Shown here piece by piece: positions 51,480 to 64,000 of a stretch of DNA of 64,000 nt. The DNA is from Camelus ferus. Its lineage: Eukaryota. The notes beneath the pieces were generated by a model, which saw nothing but the letters and a program-made list of their open reading frames with translations, had not been told where the DNA came from and did not search any database. The DNA lies in the NCBI RefSeq assembly GCF_009834535.1, contig NC_045697.1:78990001-79054000 (forward strand), given 5' to 3'. The translations under genes were made by a program, and so were the position numbers. How positions within the stretch are numbered: position 1 is the stretch's first letter; every line of letters starts with the position of its first letter.

Positions 51480-52605
51480 AGTATACTTCAGTAACTCTGT
51501 CTGACCTCCTCAATTGCAATGGCTTCAATACAGTTGAGTAAATCTCTCCCACAGCCCACTTTGAACCTTGTCTTCAACTCCAACCCTTTGTTTAAAAACA
51601 TTTCTCTCTGACTACAAAGTTCTATCATGCCAGCCCTCTCATTCCTACACCCCACTTTTAGACTTGGATTATGTGCCACTGACTCCTCCATTGATCCATC
51701 CTGGCCTCATGTCCTTCCCTATGTAAATGGAACAGTATGGTTTACCACCTGATGTATCATTTCTCTCCAAGTTTACCTCCCTAGACCTTGTGTTCGATTT
51801 CATAGGAACTTCAATACAACTTATCAAAATTTTCGTTGGTCTTCTCCTTCATATATTCACTTAGCATTCACCTTGAGCTCCCAGTCTAACCTTAGCTCCA
51901 TTCTCAGCAGATAGTCTTGTCTTGAACACCACTGCATACCTAGTTAAATTTCAACCATCTTCCTCCCTTTGTCCATGCTCGTAGAAGTATGCCTCCATTC
52001 CTTCAGAATTAATTCTGTACCTTTTTCATCACTTTATGCCTCCCCAATCTTCCACTTCCTTGGAGACCTTGCTCCAACTATTTTGATCTCTCCTATATGT
52101 TCAACCTCCTTCTCTCTAAGTCTTTCCTTTCAGATTATAAGCATGCCCAGCTTTCACCCATTTTTTAAAATAACACAATAGAAAAAACATCTGAGCTCAT
52201 AGTGGCTGAACATTTTCCCTACTTAATACATGGGTTTATATATCACATCTTATTTTCCCCACCTTACCCTCATCCTACCTCCCTTCACCTAGTTAAATTC
52301 AACTCGTCTTTTGGATATCAGTGCATGCATCATTTCTTTGGGGAAACCAGTCTTGCTGTCCAAGCCTGATCAACTTCCTTTGTCAAACACTGTCAATAAT
52401 CTGTGTTCCCTTCCTTCAGAGAATTATCCCAATTTGTAATTATACATAATTTAGCATGATTCATTTATTAATTTTTCTCCCCACTACTCTTCAAGCTTTG
52501 GAAGAGCAAGCACCATGCCTATTTTTGATCAACATTGTCCCTTCAGTGTATTACACAGATCTTAGAATGGATTCGATGTTTAATACATGTCTATAAATGA
52601 ATGTA
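51480..52605 (+). mobile_element. LINE-2 fragments (pyrimidine-rich strand)
   Basis: Degenerate L2 segments ending caagctttggaagagcaagcaccatgcct ... ataaatgaatg. Confidence 0.6.
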
Positions 52606-54237
52606 CATTGATTATTTCTCTTAAATACCTCTTCTAAAAGCTTATTGTAGCTCTTCAATCTCGAAAAACAAATATGAATCTTTCAGGAAAAATAAAACAT
52701 TTACTTTTTTCTTCGTGTTAGTGATGCCAAAAGAGAGAGAGCATGTACACAGAGAAAAAAAGGTTTTGGCTCAGGAACTGGGGAGCCAATTCTATGCCAC
52801 AATGGAGATCCCTGTGAGAAACGGACCTGAATTTCTTGAATTTTCTTTCTTCCTCTGAAATCATCAAATTACTGCCCACTAAAGCAATTAATGGGCTATT
52901 TCTAGAAGGAAACTTTGAAAAAATTATATGTATACACATATTTTGAATTTATTTTCATTTATGAAGCACCTATGTAACAAATGTTAATTTGGCCTATTGG
53001 CTTGTTTTAAAATAATATACTATGTAACAGATCATATAGCCATAGTGACCTTCACTCTGTTATATGCTTCAGAAAAAGATTTCCTTACCAGCCCAACCTC
53101 AAGCACACATTGAAACTAGGACTTTCATACCATTTAATGTCTCTGACGAAAAGATGGATGTGGTGTAAAAATATGATAATAGAGCATCCATTTCTAGTGG
53201 GGAATTTTAAGAATCTGTTAATAATTAATTTTCAATGGATTTTCCATTTTTTCTTTTTCCCAGAAAATATGGGGTTTTCTTCCCACAAAAGTCTAAAAAT
53301 TTGTCTTTTTCAATACTTTTCCATTCCTGTAATGCATCTTCCATCAAACTATCTACCTTGGATTTGTCTAAAATAAAGAATGAAGAAATTTAAAACTAAC
53401 ACTAACAAAATTTTATTATGAGTTTACCAAAATGAAACTCTCATCAAAGAAAACTGTATCCCTTTCCTTCTCTTATTTTTTTTCTTTTATGAATATTAAG
53501 TCGTAGGCCTTGGCTAATGCTCCAACATTTCTACCATTGTGTAAATTTTAGTTAAATTTCTGAGGTAGGTCTCATCTGGTATTCCTATTTCTAAAGACTC
53601 CACCATGTGGAAAGATGTTCTAAACTGTTACTGTAAACCTGAAGGAAAACATCTGGCTGAACATATATAGCTAGCCTTTAGGCAGTTTTCAGTTATACTT
53701 TATGAAAGTAATGCCACTAAGCAAAAAAGACAGCCCTTTTTTTAAGTCTTCACAAGTAACTGTGTCAAGTCTCACGTCCAGATGACTAATATTTACTAAG
53801 GTTTCCTAATGACCTTTAGCAACAATGCTGATGATAAGAAAGAGACATACCTCAGCAAAATATTTAAGTTGTAAATATTTAGGGAATTAAAGAGCTTACA
53901 AGTAGTTATTAACACAAAGAGATGCATAGCTAAGGAAATAGAAAATGAAGCAGGAGCTGTTAGTGTTTTTCACAGTCAGCATATAAACCGAAGAATACAG
54001 TTTGTAATTATGATACATGCATAGATTTGTCTTAAAGATACATTGTGGTAAAGCCAAGTATCAAAATAAGCTCAGCATGCTGGAGCAAACCCTTTCTATA
54101 AACCACTAACCTGCTAACAAAGGTACCGACCTCAACTTGTCTTGAAATTCTTAGCCTGTGCCGAACAAGAGTCATCTTTGAAGATTAAAGCCAGGCAGCA
54201 TTCACCAGTTCAACTGATGCTTAAAATTAATATTGAG

Positions 54238-54810
54238 TATGATGGTTCCTCAAAATATTAAACATAGTATTATCATATGGGTCAGTAATTCCACTTCTGG
54301 AATTGGGTTTACACAAAAGAACTGAAAACAAGGATTCAAACAGCAATGTTCATGGCAGCATTCTCACAATAGCCAAAAGGTAGAAAGAACTCAAATGTCC
54401 ATCAAATGGATAAACAAAAAATGTGGTATACAAACATACAATTCAGCCTTAAAGGGGAAGGAAATTCTGACACATGCTACAACATGGATGAAACTTAAAG
54501 ACATTATGCTAAGTGAAATAAGAAGACAGTCACAAAAGGACAAATATTACATGATTCCACTTATGTGAGGTACCTAGAGTAGGCAAATTCATTGAGACAG
54601 AAAGTAGAATGCAGTTGCTAGGGATTGCGAGAAAGGAATGGGAGTTGTTTTAATGGGTATGGAGCTTCAGTTTGGGAAGACAAAAAAAATTCTAGGGATG
54701 GATGGTGGTGATGGTTGCCAACAATGTGAGTGTACTTAATGTCACTGAATAGTACACTTAAAAATGATTAAAATGGTAAAAATTTATGTGCATTTTACCA
54801 TTTCTTTAAA
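54238..54810 (+). mobile_element. LINE-1 (L1MA/L1MB-like) 3' end
   Basis: ggttcctcaaaatattaaacatag, gaaattctgacacatgctacaacatggatg, ggatggatggtggtgatggttg..cacttaaaaatgattaaaatggtaaa. Confidence 0.9.
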
Positions 54811-55615
54811 TCTTACATAAGAAAATTCTATAGAAAATTTATAAAATTCAGATAAGCAAAAAGTTCTCAATTTTACAAGCCTCATGTAACTACTATGAGC
54901 ATTGTGGTGGGAGAGCCCTCTTACCAATGATTATGCTAAATGTGGTGTGACTATTCGCATCCCTCAAGGAAAAACAAAAAATGGAACAGTTTAAATAAAA
55001 CCAAGTTTAAAGGGATCTTAAAACTCATCTTTTACACATGAAAAAAAGGAATAAAAATAGTTCCAGAGGTTCCTTAACCTCCTACAATTTCATAAAACTC
55101 AAACTGTATCTTGACTTTTTGCTAGTACTCATTAACACAAAATATCTATTTTTAAAATATTTTTATCCGACCTAGGAAAAAGTTAATTGACTCCTAAACA
55201 AATCAAGTCTACCTGTGTAGCCAATGTGTTCACATTTAAAGGCTTGCTGAATAGATATAAGCAGCACTTTAATAATTAGCAGATAGAAAGGAAGTGGAGA
55301 GGACCATTTAGATGACAGCAGAGCTTCTATTAGGTATACGAGTACCAGAAGTGACGTACATTTGAGTCAGACATTATTGTTACTGCTTGTGTTTTATCTC
55401 TTTTTTTCCCATACGTATAATTACTCATTGTCATATGGTTTCTCGAAACAGCCTGCAAGTTAATATTTAATGTGGAAGGGGAAATTGATTAACACATTGA
55501 GAGCATGTGCTGTGACTCTTAACACTTCATATGTGCTCACTGCAGTAAGAGGGAAAAGTTCCACTGGATCTAGAATGTGGCCCCTGAAAATTCAACTTGA
55601 CTTGAGTTTTAAATA

Positions 55616-55638
55616 AACACACACACACACACATACAC
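55616..55638. repeat. (CA)n microsatellite
   Basis: Directly visible. Confidence 0.9.
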
Positions 55639-56609
55639 TTTGTATGTGCACCATTCAAAGTTGAGGTTTATATGAATGTGTTTTTTTACCTACATGCTAA
55701 AAAGAAGTTAGTAGGTCTTTTAAGTACATGCAGCTGAATTACTTATCTCACAAACTCACCCCAACCTGTTTTTGTCTGTGTAGATACTTCCATTCACAGT
55801 TCACATCCCAGAGAACAGCTAAGTAATTTGTTACTTAAAAACAAAACAAAACATCATGATGACACTTCGTGGTAAGGTCTCAACATCACTAACGTATGAG
55901 AGGTGACCGCAGTAACAGGTCCACGAGGGGAACGTGTTCTCTTCTCAGCGATCCTTGACCTCAGTTGTGACTGTGTTTCCTCCTTCCCTGAATACTTATT
56001 AACTGCAAGACCCTAGAAGAGAAATGATTCATCTCCTCAGAGATGAACTTTCCAGGGTGTTTATTATTTGGGATTTGCCTGACTCACACATACAGTGGAG
56101 TTTTTTTATTGCTCTTCCTCTGATTTGTGTTTATTCAGAGGTTCCTGAGCACGATCTTGTTCATCTTGCATGACTTGTACATGCGTTTCCCTGGGAAGAA
56201 ATGCCCTTCCTCAAACACCACTTTCCAGTGAGCACCTTCAAGTTCAGGATAGTAAGGACGCTCTTCAGGCTCCTCATTCCTCTCCCTCATTGGGTCGATC
56301 ACCCACACCCCCGTGTTACAGGGGTGTCTTGACACACATTTATTGTTCCACTTGCTCCACTGTACTGCAGTGTGCTTACATTCATAGAAGGAGAAGTGTG
56401 TGCTCTCCTACTAGACTACTGCTCTCCCTCCAGAGAGAGAATTTTTGTTGTCTCTGTATCATCTGTACCTACAACAGTGTCCAGTACTAACTGATATCAA
56501 TTTAATTCTTTTTAAATGTTGATTATTTGAATTCTAAAAGGTAGTCTGTTACTTTCCCAGAGAAGCTGGGATTTAAATCTAGGTCTGTGTCCAAAGCCAG
56601 TATTTCCCC

Positions 56610-56970
56610 TCCAAGATGCTAGCTGCATATCTGTTCACTAAACCTCATCCTTTCTTCTTCCTGACCACACAACTAGACTTCATTTCCCAGCCTTATAGAA
56701 GCAGGAGTGACATATGCCACTTCAGGGCCTGGCCCTTAAAAATTACTTCCTACCAATCGTCTACCACGTGTTTCTTCCCTCGTTTGCTGGCTAGAGTCAG
56801 TAGCTGCAGTAGAGGAATCCAAGGTCCTAGAAAATGACAGAGCCACCAGGCAGAAAAAGCCTAGGGCCCCAAGTCACCATGTGAAGGAGACCAGGAATAC
56901 CCAAGTAGAACTATTATGTGAGCAAGACATAATTTTATATGGTTGTAAGCTCCGAAAATTTTTAATGGCT
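56610..56970 (+). mobile_element. MLT1I/J-like LTR
   Basis: ctagacttcatttcccagcc, gccacttcagggcctggccctt, atgacagagccaccaggcagaaaaagcctagggcccc. Confidence 0.7.
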
Positions 56971-56974
56971 GCCT

Positions 56975-58245
56975 GCCATTCCAGTGTACGAATGCACCAT
57001 CAGTTACTTAATCTTTCCCTATTTGGTGCATTTAGATTTTTTCCACTTCTCTGCTGTTAAACATACTTCCTTAGCAAATATACTCATATATAAAATTTGG
57101 GTCCAAATCCATTATTTCTTGGGTTAGCCAAGGTTCCTCTTATTGTAATGAGCAAAAAGCCACTCAAATCTACTTAAGTAGAGAAGTATAACTTAATATA
57201 AGGATCCAGAATGACTTCACAAAACCCACAACCTCATGCATTCGATCTCATGAAGAACTGGTACAGGAGGGTCTGTAAAATCACCAGAAATTGCCATCTC
57301 AGTTGCTTCTTTCAGAGGATACCCATTTTCTCTGCTTCTATACATGAGTATGAGGGAGAGAATTTACAACTGATGTTCTTATTAAATAAACTATAGAAGA
57401 TACACAGTAGATTCTAATAGCGTTTTCCAATTCCTTCTAACTAAGGAACTGGTGGATGTCATATAACTAATGTGACTAGGATACTCGCCTTACCTGTCCT
57501 ACATCCTATACTTATTTGTATGTATATTCTTATTCCATGTGTTTGCAGTGGGGGCCTATTTCTGACTTCAGGGCCCTGTTCAATCTTACTCACTCACTTA
57601 CTCATTCACACTCCAGAAATGTCTGCTTAATACTTCCACTCCATCTGTCTCTGTCACTTGAGCGCTCTGTTCCTGTGTAATGACTGCCACATTCTCTCTG
57701 CAAAAGGAGCCTTCTTCAGTATGATGAGGCATTGGTGGGGTCTGTGTCTTCTCCAGAATCTCAGTCACCTTCTGCTGCCTTTGTGGCCACACTGGAATCA
57801 AGTATCTGGCAGGCTGTTAACTTCATCCTTGTTCACTACTATGGTTTTCCACATGTGGTCCACAGAGGTGCTCACTTGTCTTTGAGTTGGCCGGGTCCTT
57901 TCAGATATCTCCTTATAAAGATTATCTATCATTGCTCTTTGAGGTAGAGAGGATATGTCTTAGCCTGGAAGTCCTCTTTGCTTAACTCTTCTCTTCCTTG
58001 TACCTACTGACTTTCTCTCTTCAAGTACTCTCATATGGGGTCTTCCCCCACGGTCAAGAGAATGAAAGCATGGGCTGGGCAGATAACCACAAATGTTGTC
58101 TCTGCACATCCTTAGGATAAATTCCTAGAAGTAGAATTTTTGTCTGAAAGGCATGGCACTTACAGATTTTGATATATATTGTAAAATTGCCCTCCAGATT
58201 GGTTAAATCAAATTATGTTCTACCAGCAGTATGAGAGAGCAGCCA
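56975..58245 (-). mobile_element. Old L1 (L1ME-like) split by an MLT1-type LTR (~57120-58107) that itself contains further inserted sequence
   Basis: L1 'attatttctt' (57111-57120) resumes as 'tccttaggataaattcctagaagtagaatt' at ~58108. MLT-like ends at 57120 and 58107. Confidence 0.55.
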
Positions 58246-58319
58246 ACACTAGGCCTTCTCAGGGGGCTGGAGTGGGGATTTGTCAGAATCTGACACCTGA
58301 ACTGTTTTCGGAAAGGTGA

Positions 58320-58770
58320 ATAGGGATTATTGGTAAAAAGATGGCAGGATAGTGCTTTCCAGACAAAGAGAAATAAAGTTGCTTAGACAGAGAAGTATAA
58401 AATAATATGATATTGGGGAAAGGAAAGATATTGACTTAGGCTTGTAGGACCTTGAGGATGTGCAGGAAGATGGAAGCATATGACTCATAGAGGGAGGAGT
58501 TGGAGACACACTGGAAAGGTCGATAGTCAGCAGACTTTAAAAGGGGCAATGGAACTTGACCCTATAAAAAGTGATGAGATAAAACTGAAGTGGGGCTTTT
58601 AGCAGGGAATCACATGATAAAAGCAATGTTTTAGAAAAATAATCTGGCAACATTCTATAGTATGAATTGGATGCTAAAATACCAGCTAGAAGACACTTGT
58701 CTAGTTAGAAGATGAGCACCATTCAGCAGAGGTGAGGACCTGAACTCCTGTCATGGAAGGGAAATGGATA
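58320..58770 (-). mobile_element. LINE-2 fragment
   Basis: ggcttttagcagggaatcacatgataaaagcaatgttttagaaaaataatctggcaac..gaggacctgaact. Confidence 0.65.
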
Positions 58771-59698
58771 TGGATGGAAGAAGGAAGCTAACATTCGGTA
58801 TTTGCTCCAGTCTTACAATAATTGACTCAAAAGGAGATATCCTGTAGAAATTTTTCATCTCTGTTTGCATGAAGATTATGTGTGAATATCTTTTTCTCTA
58901 TATAGTTTGTATTTTCTCAAAAGCAGGGACTGTGGTCCTTTGTGATTTTCTTGACACATAGTGGGCATTTAATCAATATTATAGACTAATTGTCAAATTG
59001 GTTTTGCTGATTTTATTATTTTTTATCTTCTTCAAATATATGCCTATGTTTAACTGACAAAGTTATATTGTTTGCATTGTTATGGGTCAGCAGGAAAATA
59101 AGCTCAACAGGGCACTGGTCCAGGAGAGAGAATACACAGTGATTCCTCTACTGTTTACTGAAGAACCATAAGGAGATATTTAATCCCATTGTCCTGTTAA
59201 GTCTCCCAAGGTAAAAATAAGAATGTTCTTTTATAAAACATCTGGAGAATTTAGGGTAAAAAGGCCATGGAGGAGTAAGAAATAGTCCCTGCCCTCAAGA
59301 AATGCACAAGGGAAAATAAAGGCAACAATAACTATTTTATAACTCATTGTCTTAAACTTAGGATCCAGACATTCCTAAACCCATGGAATTTTAAGGTTTG
59401 GGGAGGAGACCTGTAGTTTAATGAAGAAATAAGATGCTGCTCACAAGCATATTTTCTTTTACCTCCCTTTTTTTATTGGGATACCTGATTAAAAGAAAAT
59501 CAATATAGAAAAAAGGCAGGGAGCACAGGTACCACTACAATTAACTGCAACACTGATCACTGAAGCCAAAACCTTGGGCTTGCTGCCTACAAAGCTTTGA
59601 GGGCTCCCAACCTCCTGGTATATGTCTTGTCAATTAGTGCAGTTCGTGGAGGGATTGCCACTTCATCTGGTGTCTTGAGTTTCTGCAGCTGGTAAAGA

Positions 59699-59876
59699 AG
59701 TAGTTCTCAAACTTTAATGGACAGAAGATACTCAGCTGTACTGTTTGTCTTCCTGCTTGCAGACTGTAATCCAGAGATTCTGATTCAATAAATCTGGGGT
59801 GGAAATCTGTCATTGATCACATACCTTAGATGATTCTGAGACAAGAGCTCTACGGACCACGTTTTAAAAATCACTT
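59699..59876. mobile_element. MER5-type hAT-Charlie MITE
   Basis: agtagttctcaaacttt..cagagattctgattcaataaatctggggtgg..gatgattctga..ggaccacgttt. Confidence 0.7.
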
Positions 59877-60225
59877 GCTATCCTCCTACGTTATAAACAT
59901 CCAGATTCAGGTTGTGAATCTGGCAATGTGATGTGGGCTGTAACTGGGGTCTAGTGGCACAGATGAGAGAGAGAATAATTTTGCTCAGGGAAAAGGGAAG
60001 TCACGAGGAGGGTAAGAAAGACCCCCAAATATTTGATCTGGGATTTTTAAGATGAAAAAAAATTTTATAGCTAGTAAGGGGCAAGAAGAGAAAGAACAAG
60101 GAGGAAGGAAAATGCATACAGAAGAGAGGCAGGTAGATAGGCAAAATATGAGACTGCAGGGAGAGACTTAGGCTGCCTTATGCAGAGCTTTGTGTCCTCA
60201 GAGGAGCAGTTTATCCTGTGGGCTT

Positions 60226-60400
60226 GTAGTTCCCAAATACAATAGTTGCACCAGAAATCTCCTAAGGTATTTCAAAATGCAGATTCCCAGGGCCTCCAGC
60301 AGACCCATTGAATCAAATCCCTTAGGGAAAGACCTGGGTATCTAGACTTGTAACAAAGGTCCCCAGACATTTCGATAAGCAGCCAGTATGGGAACTACTG
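60226..60400. mobile_element. MER5A-type hAT-Charlie MITE
   Basis: Inverted ends gtagttccca...tgggaactac; aaaatgcagattcccagggcc. Confidence 0.8.
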
Positions 60401-61038
60401 GTAGACCAAGAACTTGTCCAACTTGAGACTCTAAGTCCTTAAGAGGATAACATATCTGAGAATTAATGTCTGGAAATAACCAGCAAGGGGATAAAAATAT
60501 AGTCAAGAAGAAGTTCTAAAGCCAGAAATAGGTCAGTCAGGAATTTTCCATAAAGAAGGGGATAGATTACAAAGATGACAGTGAGGTAAATGAGCTGAAC
60601 TAAAAAAAAAGCCTAAGGTGTGGACATGGAAGGCAGTTTCTAGAAATAAAGACAAAGTAAGACAGAAAATCATCCTCTGAGAGATCAGGCAGAGGTAGAC
60701 TTCCTGAACTCTACAAAGTACCGTGCAAGGAGGTGGTTTACAGTATTCTTAATCTAGCTGATGATTTTCCCCTCAAGTTGAAAAGCCATACAGTTCAATT
60801 CACTTGAAAAGACACATTTAAGGAAAAAGAGCAGGATTTTAGAGATCAGAGTTTATGGAGTTCAGAGATTATGGTTCAATAGAACCCAGATTTTTAAGGC
60901 ACAGAGTAAAGAGACATTGAATCATCAAGAGAAGAAGAGGGTAGTGTGAGCTGCCTGTCTTAATTTTGTAAATTACATGGGCTATGGGATTCAACTCACA
61001 GTTCCCCTTAAAATAAGCATATAGAACTGTTCTTTAAA

Positions 61039-61057
61039 CTACCAGTAGATGGCGCCA
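61039..61057 (+). promoter_or_regulatory. CTCF motif (forward)
   Basis: CTACCAGTAGATGGCGCCA contains CCAGTAGATGGCGC, a near-perfect CTCF core, in unique AT-rich DNA. Confidence 0.7.
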
Positions 61058-61419
61058 TGGTTTTGGTTTTTTAAAAAAAAAAAATAGTGGAAATGACAGT
61101 AAATTCAATACCTTGTTTTTTAAAAAAAGAACAAGAAAAAAATTGTTAAGGAAAGACTAAAACCAAATTAAAATACTAGATCAATTTCTAAAGTCTTATT
61201 TATTGTCATTACTCAGAATTTTACACTCTATGCTAGTTTTAACTTACGACCAACGAATTGTGTAACTTAGCCAGAAATGGAACAGATCATCAAATCCCCA
61301 ACCATAAAAAACCTCAAGTGTGTCGAATATGGTTGTCAGTTGAGAGACATTTATTTGCGACAAGGCAGCTAGCTGCTTTCGGTGTATGTTATGACTTTTG
61401 TTGACTTGTTACTATTGCC

Positions 61420-61636
61420 TTCAGGGGCCCTTTCCTCCAGAAAACATACTTATATTATGAAATATTTTATGACTGGTATAAAGACATATATACTCCAGGC
61501 TAGATTAATCATTAAATATTATTGTTATATTCACTTTTCCCTCTGAATTTAAAGTTAAAACATTTTGTGGGCCTCTAACAATATCATGGGCCCCATACAC
61601 TGTGCCAACTATGCCCAGTTGACAAGTCCACCCTGG
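61420..61636. mobile_element. hAT-type DNA transposon end fragment (unassigned)
   Basis: tgggccccatacactgtgccaactatgcccagttgacaagtccaccctg resembles a hAT-Tip100-type terminus. Confidence 0.4.
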
Positions 61637-61848
61637 CTCTGCTAAGTGATCCTAAGAAATGAAACTTAGAGAGTAAAACTAGAGGGAGAGGATGAGGGCG
61701 AGTATGAACATAGCCCAACTTGCCCATAGTAGAAGTGAAATTTATTTGAAGCTTCATGTGTTAGTTTAAAATTATATTCAAGTATTGCAAGAAGTATGTT
61801 TTGAATTACTCCCTATCAGGGAAACATAAGGAAAACAAAATTTCTTAC

Positions 61849-61924
61849 CTGAGTCATTGGTTAATGGCTAAGATGCAATTGCAGTGGGTCGATTCATCCT
61901 TGAAAGTTGCTACTCGGGAATTCC
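61849..61924 (-). other. Candidate non-coding (UTR/lncRNA) exon
   Basis: Minus strand: ttagttttgcttttctcagcag|GGAATTCCC...GACTCAG|gtaaga. Strong acceptor and donor, stops in all three frames. Confidence 0.3.
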
Positions 61925-63424
61925 CTGCTGAGAAAAGCAAAACTAAGTGTACACACAAGACATTGATTAATGGCAGTTTCAACAGAAAGTAGAACCAATT
62001 TATGCAAAAGAATATTTTCAGTTTGAGACTTCTAGGTTTCTATTTTGTCAAGAGGAGCAAGATGAAAGCAGAAGGAAGCAGCTGTAATTTTTCTCAGGCT
62101 CTAATTCTGAAAAGGGAAGTGGATGACTGATATTTGAGAGTCTACAGTTTTAAGAAGGGCCTACATAGTACAATAATAGCAACTTTAAATAGAATCCAAA
62201 ATCCAAGAGTCAGAGACCGGGAGAGTAGGAAGGGCTGGTAACATAGATTCTTGGGGAAGCAAGGAGAGACATTCTAGGACATCATTCTGAGAGACAATAA
62301 AGCAGAGTGAAGCAGTGTTGGGTGTATGGGAGTCAGGATCAAGGCTCCTCTCCTAGGGGAGTGATTCCTTTGAATACCATCCTTGCTATTGGTAATTGCT
62401 TTAATTGAAACTCTCTCTCATGATTTTTTGCTAGACTTTGGGTACAAGTATTTGATGAAGAATGTTTTAGTTTTAATTTGTCCTTATTATTTTACCTATT
62501 AAAATAATACTTCATCAAAAACTTTATGTATTGTCAAGTCAAAAAGCCCTTCATTCAAATTGGAATGACATGATTTGCTTTTTTTTTTTTTAACTCTAAT
62601 TTTCTTTCAGTGTCCACACTATTTAGAGACCATGGGGGAAATACTTATTTATATAATTAGGTCTCACCATGATCACTTTCAAATATTTAGAGCTACCAAA
62701 AGAGAAAAGTCTAAAGTATGGAAATAGTGGATTTCTAGATTTCCTGCTGTAATAATAATAAATTAAGGTAAAATTGGGATGTGTTCAAATTCCCAAATGC
62801 TCAATTATTTATATTCAACTTAAAGACTGTTGGCACAGAAGTACCAGTGTAGGCAAAGACTTCCCAGAACTTACTGCATTAATGATTCAGACAAAAAAAA
62901 TCTTAAAGAAGCATGCTCTTTCATTCAGGAGTAATTCGCAGGGAATTTGAGTTCAGTGCAAGGTCTTACGGAGATGGTGGTGAAAGAGCAGCCCACCGTA
63001 TTCTCCTTTTTTCTCAGAGCATGTACCGACCCTCTCCACCCCGCAAGCTTTACCCCATGAGAGCTGGAGAAGGAAGGAAATAATAAGCTGTCTACCAGCT
63101 CCTGCTCTTTCAGACACCTGATGAACAATGCCACATGATTGATGACTTTAGCGCAACCTTCCAATTCCAGTACACAAGTCTGATATTCAGATTTGGGGAG
63201 GTTGGAGTGGTTGCAGGATTCTTAGGGAGTACTTTGCACATGGAGAGCAAGCAATACAGATTATGTATGCACCTCCAAACTTTCCTGACCTTTGGCAGCT
63301 CTGCTTTCACTCACTTAAGTCTAACGTGGGCCATATAGCATTTAACCTTTATTTACCATTCTGTCCATTAAGTTTGCACTACATCCATTATGGAGAGTGA
63401 GTTCCCTGATGACCAGCCATTCAG

Positions 63425-63680
63425 TAAGGCAGTACAGGGTTTAGAATCAAATTGCCTGGATTCAGACCTTGTCTCTGCTGCTCAGTAGTTGTACAACCTA
63501 GGCAAGGGGTTTAGCTGCCTTCAGCCTCTAGTTTTATTACCTCTGAAATAGAGATGATGATAATACCTACATCAGAAATATCTAATGGGGTTAAATGAGA
63601 TAATCCACATAACTGTTCTTAGCTCACAGCACCTGGTACGGAATGAGAGTTCAAAGTTGGGTACTAGCCATGTTATTTGT
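63425..63680 (+). mobile_element. MIR SINE
   Basis: ttagaatcaaattgcctggattcag..aatacctacatcag..ggttaaatgagataatcc..cttagctcacagcacctggtac. Confidence 0.85.
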
Positions 63681-64000
63681 TATTCCAGGAAACGGCACTT
63701 CAAGACACGTCTGAGGCCCTGGATATTACACAGAAAGAGCTGGGGCAAAGGAGTGTCTCCCCGTGCCTCTGCCAAAAGCAACCTGAAAGTCAAACTTTTG
63801 TTTTTGAATTGTAGATGTTCAGTGGCAGTAAACAAGAAATAAAGGTCAACGGCCGTTTCCTCTGGAACCTGGCTAGTAATGTGACATCTGGAATTGACTC
63901 AACTTGTGGGTAGAAATAAACAAATCTTCTTCCCTGCAATCTTACATACCTACCTTCATTCTAACTCTCTTTTCTACCTAATCCCCACTTTCCGAAAATG

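Noticed and set aside
62925..63338. Overlapping 66-79 aa ORFs near the right end
   Set aside because: No recognisable protein similarity or consistent exon boundaries.
1..64000. Prokaryotic-type systems (CRISPR arrays, operons, defence loci)
   Set aside because: The sequence is mammalian repeat-rich DNA with no regularly spaced repeat array or gene-dense region.

Overview
AT-rich, CpG-depleted mammalian non-coding DNA (large intron or intergenic). It is very probably camelid (camel/alpaca/llama), judged from a tRNA-derived SINE at 31168 that I recognise as the camelid type and from cetartiodactyl-style L1 3' ends. I can support no protein-coding gene. The ORFs with recognisable homology are decayed LINE-1 ORF2 pieces, plus hAT transposase remnants at the left edge. 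Much of the window is interspersed repeat: L1, L2, MIR, MLT1/ERVL LTRs, and hAT-Charlie and Tigger DNA transposons. Subfamily names come from my memory of consensus sequences, not from a search, and repeat boundaries are approximate unless a target-site duplication (TSD) is quoted. The clearest structures are four TSD-bounded retrotransposition events within 9-31 kb: an L1 with a ~330 bp 3' transduction, a ~477 bp orphan poly(A)-tailed insert of unknown origin splitting an old L1, a twin-primed 5'-inverted L1, and a SINE with an extra non-SINE 3' tail. Also seen: a diverged ~160 bp local duplication, three CTCF-like motifs in a divergent arrangement, a CpG-rich patch with three AHR-type TNGCGTG sites, and a few candidate non-coding or micro-exons. 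I found no evidence of a new multi-gene system.
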